A stretch of 56,013 bases of DNA, filler included, from Bipalium vagum (Eukaryota): NCBI GenBank assembly GCA_037834085.1. It is 3 parts of 3 records of this genome, joined end to end, with 100 filler letters (N's around TTAATTAATTAA, not from the genome) between each part and the next. Parts side by side here need not be neighbours in the genome. Positions count along the whole stretch, not along the records: positions 1 to 17,631 come from JBBMKC010058004.1; positions 17,732 to 38,225 come from JBBMKC010252205.1; 1 more part is not named here. One strand, written 5' to 3'. This document shows positions 13,601-24,629 of the stretch, in pieces; positions within the stretch are counted from its first letter, which is position 1, and every line of letters begins with the position of its first letter. A model generated the notes under the pieces. It searched no databases, had not been told where the DNA came from, and was given only the letters and a program-made list of their open reading frames with translations. A program made the position numbers and the translations under genes.

Positions 13601-15765
13601 ATGATCAGCTGTGAAATTGCTAATTCATAAAGGATTTTTTATGCTTTCCTGGAAGCTTATTGCAAGTGTCTATTTATAGTATTCTTTGATTGTCCAAGTG
13701 ATGGTGATAAACTTATCGTGCTTTTATGTGCATCATTTATCGGAATAATGTAATTAAAAATTTTCTGATTTTCTTTCCAAATTAACCTGTCTGCACAAAA
13801 TAATAAACTACTATATTACAAATTGGGACTTTAAAAAACTGTACAGAAAAAACTGGTTATGATTAACTGATCTGTACTGAATTTCAAATGTAAACATGAA
13901 ATCTGTAAAATTTATAATCGATATTATATGACAAATTCAATTTTTTAAAATATTCCCTTACTGAGGTACATCGTTTAAGTCAAAATTTACCACGTTAAAT
14001 TTCGAAAACAACCTTTGTGCTGTTCATTCACTGACTGCCTTTTCTCCATTAACGTAAAAATTATTCTGGTGGCTTCTGCAGCGGTTACATGTTGATTAAA
14101 ATAAAAAAATGTTATATTTTATCTACCTGACTCTCAACTTTAATGATGGTAATGAAAGTGAAAGTTAGTCTAAAATGATTTAAATATATAACTCAATGAC
14201 TCAAATAAGTTAAATCAAGAAATGGGGGTCTTTTCTTTGCAACAAATAAAATCACATGAACTTATTCATCAACCTAATAGTTTTTTGGCACAACTTTCAA
14301 GTTTTAACTTAAAAAAATAAATGCAGTGGAGAAACGCAAATATTTTAGGTTCCCTTTTATCAAGGTTGAGAACAGGAATCAGTTTTTGATCACTCATCGT
14401 TATCTTTTTTATTTTCGATTTTTTCGTAGGAGGAATAATTGAAAGATCCCGAAAACCAATTTTAATGAATATCAGTACTATAAATCTGGTTTCAAGAAAG
14501 CTTTTTATGTGATTTGCAAAATCGATGTTACTTTTGCTCCATTTTTATGAATTGGGTCATGATTGAATGAACATTCCCGAATCCAAAGATTTCAAAATAT
14601 AATTTGTCGAGATTAATTTTGAATGAAGTTTTTGACCGTTTCCAAGGTGAAACAAAGATTCATAAGGCTTACTGAAAAGAAAATGATGACGTGATTTTTT
14701 TTCTCCGGTGTAGTTTAATGACATTATTGATTTATGATAAAATTTTACTAAATTAAAAAAATAACCAGTGCCACGAGAATTCTCCCCAATCAAATATTAA
14801 TTGTGGCTATTTCTCATCAGGTATTTTTCCAAAATCTTTAGATAGTATATTTCAAATAAATCGATTATATTAATTATTAATTTATAATTATTAATCTTAA
14901 CGAAAATATTTTGTTTCATGTTATTTTTTGTACTGGAACAAAGGTCCGAACAAAGAATGTTACCTTATCCCTGCATGTATCATTTATTTAAATAACAATT
15001 TACATTCACACAAAGAAGTCTAGTTTAAGAATTTTGACTGAGTTTCAAAGAATATTTTTGTATTTCTATCAGCAGACATGACGGAAGTGGAACTTTTGTA
15101 ACTGATTTCTATTCTGTTAAACACTGACCTTTTCCACTGTAGCTTCTTTTTCAAGCTAATATTCAAAGAATATTCCATGAAAGGATCGATTAACGAATCA
15201 ATCTTCATAAGTTTAAAACAGAAAAAACGTGTCTGATAAAAAATCACTTTTATGGGACTTAGAATTAAAAGTAATAGCAACAAATAAAACTTTGTTGGGT
15301 TAGTTTCCTTTTTCAGCAAGTCGCATTTTATTGGATTGAAGTACGTGGAGAAAAATTTAAATTTTGCCACATCAAAATATGTTATTGATCAAAAGATATC
15401 ACCAGACTGAATTTTTTGTTTAGTCTACCTTGAGAATTGTTGTTTTTGTTGAATTTTTAATAAAAATATAATTTATGAATAAATATTGATCACTTTAATT
15501 GAAATTATACATAGTTTGAAAATAATTAAAATAAATTACTCTAATACATAAATAACAGCACAATTTTGAGCATTTCGGGCACAGTCTTGCATCTTTGAGT
15601 TTTTCCATGCAAATAAAACACCGAAAAACTTCGTTAAGGCTCTTGAAAAAAATTTATAATAATTAATTCAATTCAACCTATAAAATCTACTTCAACACAA
15701 ATTTCATCGGTTTTAGCTACCATTCTTTTAAAATTAAAATCTCCGTCTCCACCTCCAGAAGCCAT
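37..15765 (-). CDS. TRIM37: TRIM37-like E3 ubiquitin ligase (RING-Bbox-coiled coil-MATH), 13 coding exons, about 894 aa
   Basis: Hand-spliced exons 15765-15691, 15641-15540, 13179-13139, 13088-12951, 12890-12680, 11495-11349, 11281-11112, 9575-9366, 9285-9099, 8439-8175, 7451-7201, 4071-3545, 397-37 total 2685 nt. All introns are GT..AG with matching phases. Diagnostic peptides: [108 protein letters not shown]. The last three exons are inferred from phase and ORF fit only. Confidence 0.93.
1000..1680 (-). mobile_element. Very degenerate mariner-like relic in TRIM37 intron 12
   Basis: Only weak N-terminal HTH-like remnants (CIEFYLKK, D.DSGH resembling DxxRSGRP). Boundaries approximate. Confidence 0.3.
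2677..2712. repeat. (AAT)n microsatellite
   Basis: About 12 tandem AAT units. Confidence 0.9.
3545..4071 (-). CDS. TRIM37: TRIM37 exon 12, C-terminal tail
   Basis: gccag acceptor in phase 0; open 175-codon GC-richer frame (ORF 3541-4095); CG|gtgatt donor in phase 2. Confidence 0.7.
4430..5115 (-). mobile_element. Decayed mariner transposase in TRIM37 intron 11
   Basis: Broken frames [10 protein letters not shown]...FKRF and [21 protein letters not shown]...LVNRK. Confidence 0.75.
7201..7451 (-). CDS. TRIM37: TRIM37 exon 11, acidic low-complexity tail
   Basis: ttccag acceptor in phase 1 matches exon 10; (D)EVNVENQ...DSDNDED...FHLEE; gtagtg donor in phase 0. Confidence 0.75.
7625..7668. repeat. 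Perfect 44-bp (AAT)n/(ATT)n palindrome
   Basis: taataataataataataataat followed immediately by its exact reverse complement. Confidence 0.9.
8175..8439 (-). CDS. TRIM37: TRIM37 exon 10, second coiled coil
   Basis: [21 protein letters not shown]...[12 protein letters not shown]; phase-1 gtatta donor. Confidence 0.9.
9099..9285 (-). CDS. TRIM37: TRIM37 exon 9, MATH domain C-part
   Basis: [10 protein letters not shown]...[30 protein letters not shown]...LILRFQ; gtaggc donor. Confidence 0.94.
9366..9575 (-). CDS. TRIM37: TRIM37 exon 8, MATH domain N-part
   Basis: [11 protein letters not shown]...[47 protein letters not shown](K). Confidence 0.94.
11112..11281 (-). CDS. TRIM37: TRIM37 exon 7, end of coiled coil
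   Basis: [14 protein letters not shown]...[13 protein letters not shown]...SEFI(S); follows a 67-nt intron. Confidence 0.9.
11349..11495 (-). CDS. TRIM37: TRIM37 exon 6, coiled coil
   Basis: [49 protein letters not shown]; phase 0 at both ends. Confidence 0.92.
12680..12890 (-). CDS. TRIM37: TRIM37 exon 5, B-box and start of coiled coil
   Basis: [35 protein letters not shown]...ELISLIQEV; gtaagg donor. Confidence 0.93.
12951..13088 (-). CDS. TRIM37: TRIM37 exon 4
   Basis: [26 protein letters not shown]...DIDN(G); follows a 50-nt intron; gtatga donor. Confidence 0.88.
13139..13179 (-). CDS. TRIM37: TRIM37 exon 3, RING C-half
   Basis: [13 protein letters not shown](R); ttcag acceptor, gttatt donor; 41 nt. 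Confidence 0.92.
15540..15641 (-). CDS. TRIM37: TRIM37 exon 2, RING N-half
   Basis: [34 protein letters not shown]; caag acceptor, gtaatt donor. Confidence 0.93.
15691..15765 (-). CDS. TRIM37: TRIM37 exon 1 ([25 protein letters not shown])
   Basis: ATG at 15765 (second in-frame ATG at 15723). DEICVE resembles vertebrate DEQSVE. Followed by a 49-nt GT-AG intron. Confidence 0.8.
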
Positions 15766-16249
15766 AGAAAATAGATATTCAATAATACAAATTTCAAATC
15801 TATTCAAAAATTAAAACTTTTTGTAAATACTAACTAAATCATTAAGGTCATTTTAATTAAATCATTTAAACAAGAGATATTATCGTCATCAGCTGTAGTT
15901 ATTTTGGAATATAATTTAATGAGGCTAGTAATTCAATTTTTCTTAAATTTCTTTTTATCATTTTTTCTTAAAAAGGTATTAATGAGTTTTTTAAAAAACA
16001 GAAGTAAGGAAACCAAATTTATTAAATAAAAAAATAAATATTTTCTAAAAACCCCTAATCAAACTTAATTTAAAATAAAAATTTATTTAGGTTTTTTGAA
16101 AATTACTTTATGTTAATAGGTATTTGAAATATTGATTCAATTTAATATAAGTCAAGCTCGAATTGCAAAAAATTATTTAATGTTTGAGAATATTATTATT
16201 TAAATTTAATAATTAATATTTGAGTTTTATAAATAAATAATAGAATAAA

Positions 16250-16496
16250 ATCTTTCCATATATGAATGAATTAAATTTAAATGATATAATTTATATAGAA
16301 TATACAAAAATTTAATAATCAAAATATTGGTGTTAATGTATTTGAATTATCAGAAAAACGTACAAATGAAATTAAAATGATATTACCAATCCATATCGAA
16401 CATTTTATAATCCATCGAACTATAGAGGAAAGAAAATTTAAGTTATTATTGTATAATAATAATTATGTATTATGTAAATATATATATCCTTTCTAA
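16250..16496 (+). mobile_element. Polinton/Maverick-like polB-associated ORF fragment (frameshifted)
   Basis: FPYMNELNLNDII, then a +1 frameshift, then IQKFNNQNIGVNVFELS...ILPIHI...KLLLYNNNYVLCK. Matches my recalled pattern ELNxxGIxFP..DIxKFExxNxISINVF..IxP..LLL..HY; not database-verified. Confidence 0.5.
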
Positions 16497-17555
16497 TTCA
16501 AAATTAAATTAAAATTTTCTTTGTCTTAATTGCTTAAATTCATATATATAAAAACATCTACTTAATAAAAATACAAGATTATATCAAAAACAAAAAGAGG
16601 TAAAAGTAGAATTTCCAAAAGAAAATTATTGTAAATTTAACAATCATTATTTTAGAAATCATTATTTGTATTATACAGTGATTTCGAATTTTATAATACA
16701 CATATAAATGAAAATATTTCAAACCACTAAAAATTGATATCTGGACAAATTTTTTAGCTGTAGGAATGCATATTAAATCGAATTTTACTGAATTTTATGT
16801 ATCAAGATATTTTGAATTTTATGGAGAAAATAACTAATCCTAATTTTGATTATTATTATTGTTGGGATCCATAGAAAAAGAGGCCCAGCACCAACCAGCA
16901 ACAATTCTAAACCAAAAGAGCAAGAACTTATGGAGGCTGATTCTTCAAAGCTCATTATCGACAATTGTTAAACATTTTAATCACATTTGATTTTATTTTT
17001 ATTGTGCATGAAAAAGCCTTGTTAGGCTTACTGTCTTTTATAATAATGACAATGTTATGTTATTTTATATTTTATATTTTATGAAAAATTATAATATTTA
17101 AATTGTAAAGTCGTTTTTAAATAATATAAATATATAAAATAATAATAATATAAATTATGGGTTAAAGTTAATTAAAACTTAACCCACAAAATTAACAAAA
17201 AATTAACAAAATTAATCATAATGAATCATAATGAATAATATCAAAAATAGAAAATAAAACTTACTAAATATACATTAATATGGAAAAATAATAATGCGGA
17301 GGAGGCTATAATTAGTAAGTTCTATAATATATGAACTTTCCTAAAATACCAAAAACCCCATATTATCCTATTAATGGAAAGTTTTATTTTCCACCAATCA
17401 GGAGATCAGAAATGTGAAAATCAGAAGTATAAAAGCTCATGATTTTCTCATTCAATGCGCCCTTAACTAATATGAAGAATACGCAGATAGCTATTCAATA
17501 AAAAGATATTTAAGACGCCGGTAATTTTAAAGATAAATAAAATAGCAATAGTCTA

Positions 17556-17631
17556 TGTTAACTTGCTCGAATTCCATATGAAATAATAAACTAACAATTA
17601 CTAAAATTTATTTATTTCAAAAATCTGCTCT
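17556..17631 (-). repeat. Gypsy LTR 3'-end fragment, cut by a gap
   Basis: tgttaacttgctcgaattccatatgaaa...actaaaatttatttatttcaaaaa aligns with 44868-44930, the end of the Gypsy LTR. Confidence 0.65.
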
Positions 17632-17731
17632 NNNNNNNNNNNNNNNNNNNNNNNNNNNNNNNNNNNNNNNNNNNNTTAATTAATTAANNNNNNNNNNNNN
17701 NNNNNNNNNNNNNNNNNNNNNNNNNNNNNNN
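17632..17731. other. Artificial scaffold join (44N-TTAATTAATTAA-44N)
   Basis: Exactly 100 bp; an identical construct occurs at 38226-38325. Confidence 0.95.

Positions 17732-17799
<68 letters not shown>
17732..17799. repeat. (AAT)n microsatellite abutting a gap
   Basis: About 22 units. Confidence 0.9.
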
Positions 17800-18106
17800 T
17801 TATCTGAATATTATGATTATTATTATTATTCTGTCGTAATTTTTAAGTTCCAATCCAAAAATGTTAATTGTATGTTCTAAAGTAAATTTTCTTCTATAAA
17901 AACAGAACAAAAATCCATCAAATCTAAATTATAATTTAAAAATAAATGAATATAATAAATACCACAAAAAATATGAAATACGAAAAATCATTTATTAAAA
18001 GGAAATTTTTGTTTTAATTATCAGATTTTCTCTTTTGAAAATAATTGAAGGTGTACATCCAGATCAAATCTGATAAAGATAACAACAATGGATAGATGAT
18101 ATAGAA

Positions 18107-19423
18107 TCAGCAACTTGAACACTTTTTACTGTGAGGATTACTTATTATTGTATTATTACCCCCACCTCCATAAACGCTTGACCTAACGTTGGACACAATC
18201 TTATTGTTATTATTCACTTCAGAAATGCAGTTGTCAAGCTTCAAAATTTGAAGCAGATACTTTCTAAATTGTCTTCCTGTCAACAAATAAATAAGAACAT
18301 TGAAACAATAGTGAGTTAATGAGAATAAATCAACAAATTCTTTCATTGTCTGATGTCGAAATAGATCGTTCCATTTTGGATCTTTCTGGATTTCGTCGTC
18401 AGAAAGATATTCATTACCATCAAGAATGAAAAACTGAGATACATAAACAGCTCCTGATGGAAGGGTCGTGAAAATTTGATAAAAGGAAACAGTAAGCAAC
18501 ATAATTGTCGTAGATCTGAAATTTACGCCTCCAGAATTCTGAACTCTTTGGAATGTATGGGACTGGTCTACCAATGTATATCGCTTCATACTAGAAGACG
18601 CTGTATTCAGATTCAAAAGTGAAGAATTTTCCGCATTAATTTCGTGTGAACCAACTTCTTTGTGGCACAGAGGCAACAAAGATTTCTTTTTCATGCCCCA
18701 TTTATGTTTAGTACTTGTCCTCTTAAATGTGATATCTTTTTCTAACGTGTTTCTGAATGGATTTAAGACTATTGATCTCAATTTAGAAATCACCAGAATG
18801 TTAAAAATCAATGTACAAATTGGAACCCCACCGGACATCAGGAATTCAATTGTCGTTGTAAAACTTTGATTCAACAGACTCATTCGCCAACTATCTCGAA
18901 ACTTGCAAGCATTTTGCTCGTTATCAGTAGTCCAGCCGAAAGCTTGAACTACCCCAATTGCTAACATGATGAAAAATATCAAGATTATCGCCAGATAAGC
19001 TCGTTTCGATGTACACCAACGTTCTCTTTTGAAAGGATAGCAAACAGCAATCCATCTTTCGAGCGTAAACGCAAGTACCAGTGGTGTGGAGTTGTACTGG
19101 AACATAAGGTATATCATTTGGAATATTTCACAAACTCCAGCATAGTCAAATACTTTAATTCTCCAAGCAAATTTTAAATAGTTCATAAAATGAGCGAAAA
19201 GAAGAATTAAATCACTGAGAGATAATGCCGATAAATAAGTTGCAGAGGAATTGTTTCTTCTTATTCTCGGATTTGTCCATATTATAAAAGATATGGAATT
19301 TCCAACCAGCCCCGTACACAATAGAAAAGGAGTGATCCATTTGTGGCACATGGCTGCTAAGCCTAGAAATTTCAGCCTAAATTCCATATTGGTCGGGTAA
19401 CGGATGTAGACGCTGTCATTCAT
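18107..19423 (-). CDS. Class A (rhodopsin-like) GPCR, FMRFamide/peptide-receptor-like, intronless CDS, 438 aa
   Basis: Seven hydrophobic segments: TM1 GLVGN, TM2 YLSALSLSD, TM3 C..FTLERWIAVCYP, ECL2 Cys, TM5 P, TM6 TTLP, TM7 FNVLIY. N-terminal NDS sequon. Ligand cannot be assigned. Confidence 0.92.
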   Translation of the reverse strand: MNDSVYIRYPTNMEFRLKFLGLAAMCHKWITPFLLCTGLVGNSISFIIWTNPRIRRNNSSATYLSALSLSDLILLFAHFMNYLKFAWRIKVFDYAGVCEIFQMIYLMFQYNSTPLVLAFTLERWIAVCYPFKRERWCTSKRAYLAIILIFFIMLAIGVVQAFGWTTDNEQNACKFRDSWRMSLLNQSFTTTIEFLMSGGVPICTLIFNILVISKLRSIVLNPFRNTLEKDITFKRTSTKHKWGMKKKSLLPLCHKEVGSHEINAENSSLLNLNTASSSMKRYTLVDQSHTFQRVQNSGGVNFRSTTIMLLTVSFYQIFTTLPSGAVYVSQFFILDGNEYLSDDEIQKDPKWNDLFRHQTMKEFVDLFSLTHYCFNVLIYLLTGRQFRKYLLQILKLDNCISEVNNNNKIVSNVRSSVYGGGGNNTIISNPHSKKCSSC

Positions 19424-20529
19424 GGTTCAATAATTTCTACAAATAATTATATATTCTCAAAATATATAATCGTTATTCATTTCGAAATCGAGCAATTAAA
19501 ATGCAGCAGCAACAAGAATCATGCCAAATATTATTTTATTATTAAAATAAAATGGAAATAGTTTCCATTGAATATATTTTATAATTTTAGTTGAACAAGG
19601 TTAACGTCAATATTAATTTTTAGATTTTCTGAATGGCAAAAAATTTATCAACCCCAGACAAAGGAAACATAAAATGGCAAAACAAGATTAATCTTGGAAA
19701 ATTTTTTTATTGACTTCAGTTCTCAAGCTGGAGATTTCCAATCTATTTTAACATTGGTTTTTGTAGCTCCATTGTTTAAAATTGATTTTTTTTAATATTA
19801 AGAAAAATGAATAATCATTATTGAAGATAATTCAAACAAAGAAATTGTGCTTTCATTAAAAGTATTCGATGTAAGACTTTATATGCGATATCGTGACACA
19901 ACATTAAATCGAGTGACATAAATTATCAAAAGTAATATTCTATATCAACTTAAAGCATGATGATTGTTTTATAATGTGATCTTAATTTGTTTAAATATTA
20001 GTCTATTATACAAAGATGTTTCATGAGTTGACATTTTATTATTAAGGAAATACTTTACAAACTTTTAAAGATTTTTGAGTGCCTTGAAATTTTCAATATT
20101 TTTAAGTAATATTATTTTAATTTTTATTATTACAACTTTCAATTGTTACCAGTCTTTTACAATACCAGACTACAGAAAATGATGCAGAGACCTGAAAAGT
20201 TTGAATTTAAAGCTTCTATAGACACATCATTATATTTTCAATTTTACGAAATCACTCCTTGAAATAATTGAATCAATTTCTAGGAACACTGTCACAGTTG
20301 TGTAAGCCATATTTAATGATATGGTTTCAGGAATTTTTATGAAATATAACAATTTTGAGTTAAAATGGAAAATATTTTATTTTTAGATTAATAAATCATG
20401 TTTTTTAAATGATATGATTTTAAAAAAAAAATTTTATCAAATGATTTATTTTACTATTTACAACTTGGTACGATATGGTCCTTTTCAAAGTTGAAATCAA
20501 TTATTCAATATTAAAATGATTTTTAAATA

Positions 20530-23178
20530 CAGGGGAGTTCAGCTAACCCGGATTCATCTAATCCGTACGTTTGTTTAGTTAGTTTAAATTAAATTATTTT
20601 CTAATCCGGATAACATTTTTGAATAAGGAAAAGTGAGAATATTATTTAAAATTAAAAGTAATAAAATAAAATAGTATTAATTTTACTTGAATATTTTAGA
20701 TACTTTAAATATGAATAAAAAGTATACAGTATGTTGAAAGTCTTCAACTTCATAATAAAATAATGTTATATAAGAATATTGGCCTAAAGTCATTTACTGA
20801 ACTCAATAAATAGCGAAAAATTAAACATCTCTTATCATAGAGAAGTTTTATTTGATTGTTTAATAAAAATCAAATATTCTCAATACCACGAACAAAGCCA
20901 CTTATCAGTGGCTTTCTGTAATGATAAATTCTAGGTCATATATAATTATTAGGGGTATGTACAAGTTTCTGTTGTTGACATTTTAAATATTATTATAACA
21001 CATACGCTTTTTTGGAAACATTTGTTTAATTAAGTCATTATTGATTATACTAATATGCATGATCTCACAAGTTACTGAAGCTAGCCAATTATGAAAGTGA
21101 ATAAAATTTATATTTACCACTACATGTTGCTCATTTTCAATCAATGCAAAACATCTAGTGAAGCAGCCCAATTAATTTGCAAAACATGTGATAATGGTTC
21201 TCATTTCGCTAGTGGTTCAGACTCTTTAGAATCGGTGATATTGATTTAAAAGATAAAGTTAATCAGTCACGAGAAATGATTTTGGAGGAGTTGGAAGCGC
21301 TATGTAAAAAGGATTCGACTCAATCAAGTGTAGAGCTTGGAAAAAAGTGTATAATTAGTCAGAGCACAGCTCCTCGGCGGTTTCATCAGATGGGAAAAAT
21401 TCTGATAGAAGTAAAATGGATTCCGCATGAATTCTCGGAAGACAACCGTTATTCAGCCGATTGATTAATTGTCTTTAGAGAACCAAAATTTTCACAATCA
21501 CAAAGAAATATTCATGGTCTCAAGGTTCTCCTGTGTAAATGGTTGGAGTGCTTTATTATGAACTATTAAAATCCTCTGAGAATGTTATTGCGGAATTATA
21601 AGGTCTTTAATACTGACAGCTGAACAAGCAATTTATTGCCAAACTGCTATATTCTGCAACCATCTACTGCATGACAATGCCAGACCACATCTGGGATTAA
21701 GAACGAAAATAACTTTCATGGATTTAAAATGGGAAATTCTAGCACATAGTTACTGACTTAACGGATTTTCAGCTATTCCTCTCCATGCGACATATTCTTT
21801 CCAATATATACTTTAGCCATTTGATATTCATTGAAAATTTTATGCAATCCAAGCCAAAAGATTTTTTTTCATCATCTGGGAATTGATATTTTGCCTGAAA
21901 GTTGGGAAAATTAATTAATAATGCTGGAAAATCTTTTGATTAAATGTACCATGTTATTTGTCATGCATAATAACAACTCTTTGTCATAAAACTGTGCAGA
22001 ATACTGTGCGTACCCCAATAAAAATTTGGAAATGTTAAAAAGTAAAGTAAATGTATTTGCTAAATTAAATGAAATATGTGAAGGAAAGAAATAAATTTCA
22101 ATTAAATCTAAAAGGTTTTGTCGTCAAAGTTCCTCTGTAGATATAGACTTAAGTAAATAGAATTCTTCTGCAAAAATGTGATAAGAAATAAAAAGAAAGA
22201 ATTACAGTTCTCGTAAATAGTGATAAATATAAATAAACATGTCTCATAATATTTATCCATTTGTGGTTGTTGGAAAATTTGTAAAACAAAGATATTTTAA
22301 AAACATTACAGGATTATCAATTGATTTTCAATTTAATATTAAGACATGGACAACTGCAGAAATATTTAGGGTATACTTAAAACAATTCTCAAATGTAAGG
22401 CAACAAAGAATGATTGTACACCCTCTGAATCGATGTCCTGGTCATTCTCAGATAACATTCTTACAAAAATTGATTTCTTCTTTTTGCCGACAAATTCAAA
22501 ATCCAAAACACAACCTCTGGATGCTGGAATTATTCGTTCCATGAAGAAAGAGATTATTGTATCGAATGTTATACTATAATGAAAGTGAAATTAAATGCAA
22601 TACTGCTGTATTGTTTTCATTTATTAAAGCACTTCTTGAGAACCACACTATTGAATATTCTTAGACAAGTTTGGTGTCATGAAAATACATCGAAGGAAAA
22701 TAATCACGATGAATATGAAGAAGTTGTTGAAGTATTCATTTGAGAAAAAAAGTGATTTTGCAAATGTTGATTCTTGTTTTTTACAAGTGCAGATCTTACC
22801 GTCTCTGAAATTGTTGTCGTTCTTAGTGGAGCAGTATTAAGTAATGATGATCAGAACTATGAGAAAAAATAATTCAATAATGAAGTGTGGGTATCATTTC
22901 AAACTATAAAATTTCTACATCATAGCGAATATGTTAAAGAAAATTATTTTTTTAAAAATCCATGTCTTAATGAAGGTAAAGAAGTGGAATATTAATCCAT
23001 CAAAGCGATCGAAAATTACTTTGATATAATTAAGTATTTTATTAAATAATTTTTTCAAAAACATTTGATTATCGTGTAATCTTAATTTATATTAATCAAG
23101 ATTTAGCCAATCCGAATATCGCGTAATCCGGAGCAAAATCTTCACGCCTGTGTGATCCAAATTAGCCGAACGCCACAG
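20530..23178 (+). mobile_element. pogo/Tigger-like DNA transposon relic
   Basis: Imperfect TIRs caggggagttcagctaacccggatt / gatccaaattagccgaacgccacag (17/25 match), TA on the left. Internal DDE remnant at 22250-22550: VVGKFVKQRYFKN...TWTTAEIF...NRCPGH...FFLPTNSKSKTQPLDAGII. Confidence 0.7.
20949..22018 (+). mobile_element. Decayed mariner nested in the Tigger element
   Basis: TA-flanked imperfect TIRs (ttaggggtatgtacaag / ctgtgcgtaccccaa); KWIPHEFSE, YYELLK, LHDNARPH. Confidence 0.8.
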
Positions 23179-24629
23179 CACTAAGTCACCATAATATTCT
23201 ATTTATTTTACGTCATAGTTAAATAATTTTACTTAATTATTTTTAAAATGGCTTCAGATAAAAATCTTCATTATGAAACATGAAAACAATTTTTGTTTGT
23301 TGTCTAACGAATTATAAAATAAATCAACAATTAAAAGGTAAAAAAACAGAAACGACCCTACGGTCGTTAATATGAAAATCAAGACAGAAATGTCTTTTCA
23401 TACAATAATAGGAAGTCAACCTTGGACTAATTAATTAGGACAATTTATTCGATCCTAAATCACTGAAAAATGTAAAATGAAAAAAACGAAACTACTTTCA
23501 TAATATTTTGCTCTTACATCAAATTAACGAAAAATCATCCCTCATTTATTGTCTTTCCCATTCCTACTTTTACATCGGTCCAGACATTAATCACTGGGAA
23601 CATTTCTACAGGAAATAATGACTTAATTAAATTTATTCATTAGATGTACTGTGGTCAAAATCATTCCAGTAATTTATGTTTGACATTTCAGTCAACCAAC
23701 TGTTTCCTGTAAAACCTTAATTAATGAAGCTTTTGTCTTAAACATCATGCTTTTAATATAAAATTCGTTTCTTTCATAATACCTATCTTTAACCTTTGTA
23801 ATATTTTTTATATTATATTATTTTCACTTAACGTTGATTAGATTTTATATATTTCTTTAGTTCTTTTATGAACATGCTCAAATCCATTAAAGAGCTAATC
23901 ACCATAAAAAATAGATCATTTATGTAATATTTGGATTAGAGAGACTTGGGATTATGTTAATAAGCATTAGGATTCTCTACATTATTAAAACAATTAATTA
24001 AATTAATCAATTTAAACAAAATACTTATCAGTGTCATTAGATTTAAGTAAAAATACTGTTTCATAAAAAAGGTAAAACAAAATTATTTCTATTATGAAAT
24101 TTCTTAAAGAAAAAATAATGTGATCGTGATTATGAATAACAATTGAACAATTTCTTTGGTTCCCTATCCGGTTTTCGTGATCCAAGATCAATGTTAAATC
24201 ATACTGGTAGTTCGGTATATCAAACAGATATCACCAGAACCAATTTCTCACGGTAATCCTTCAGACTTATTCCTTAATTTTTGTTAATTGCAATGAGAAT
24301 GGCAAAAATAAAATTCTATTGTTGATGAAAGTGTTTTATTTTATAATTCTTTTTTTTAAAAAATTGATTTATGTAAATAATATTTTTAATTTTATTTTTA
24401 TCGGATCTATAATAAATTATATAACGAGGAACATAAATTTTGTAAAATATTTTTTTCTAATAAAATTAAAATGTTATTTCTTTTTTTCATGTCAGGTTAC
24501 CATGGTTTAAAATTATTTTGTGATTTTGAAATATTTTTTGTTTCGTTAATAAATAAAATAAAAGTCAATTATTTTTTATTATCAATCGAATCAAATCTGG
24601 TTCCTTTAAAGCGGTTTCTTTAATCGATT

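Noticed and set aside
17676-17687. TTAATTAATTAA palindrome inside N runs (also 38270-38281)
   Set aside because: Identical 100-bp construct with stops in all six frames. This is a scaffolding linker, not biology.
24319-24510. F/I/K/L/N-rich ORFs (24319, 39486, 52414, 15020, 10130, 6157)
   Set aside because: Chance ORFs in AT-rich DNA, with no splice or domain support.
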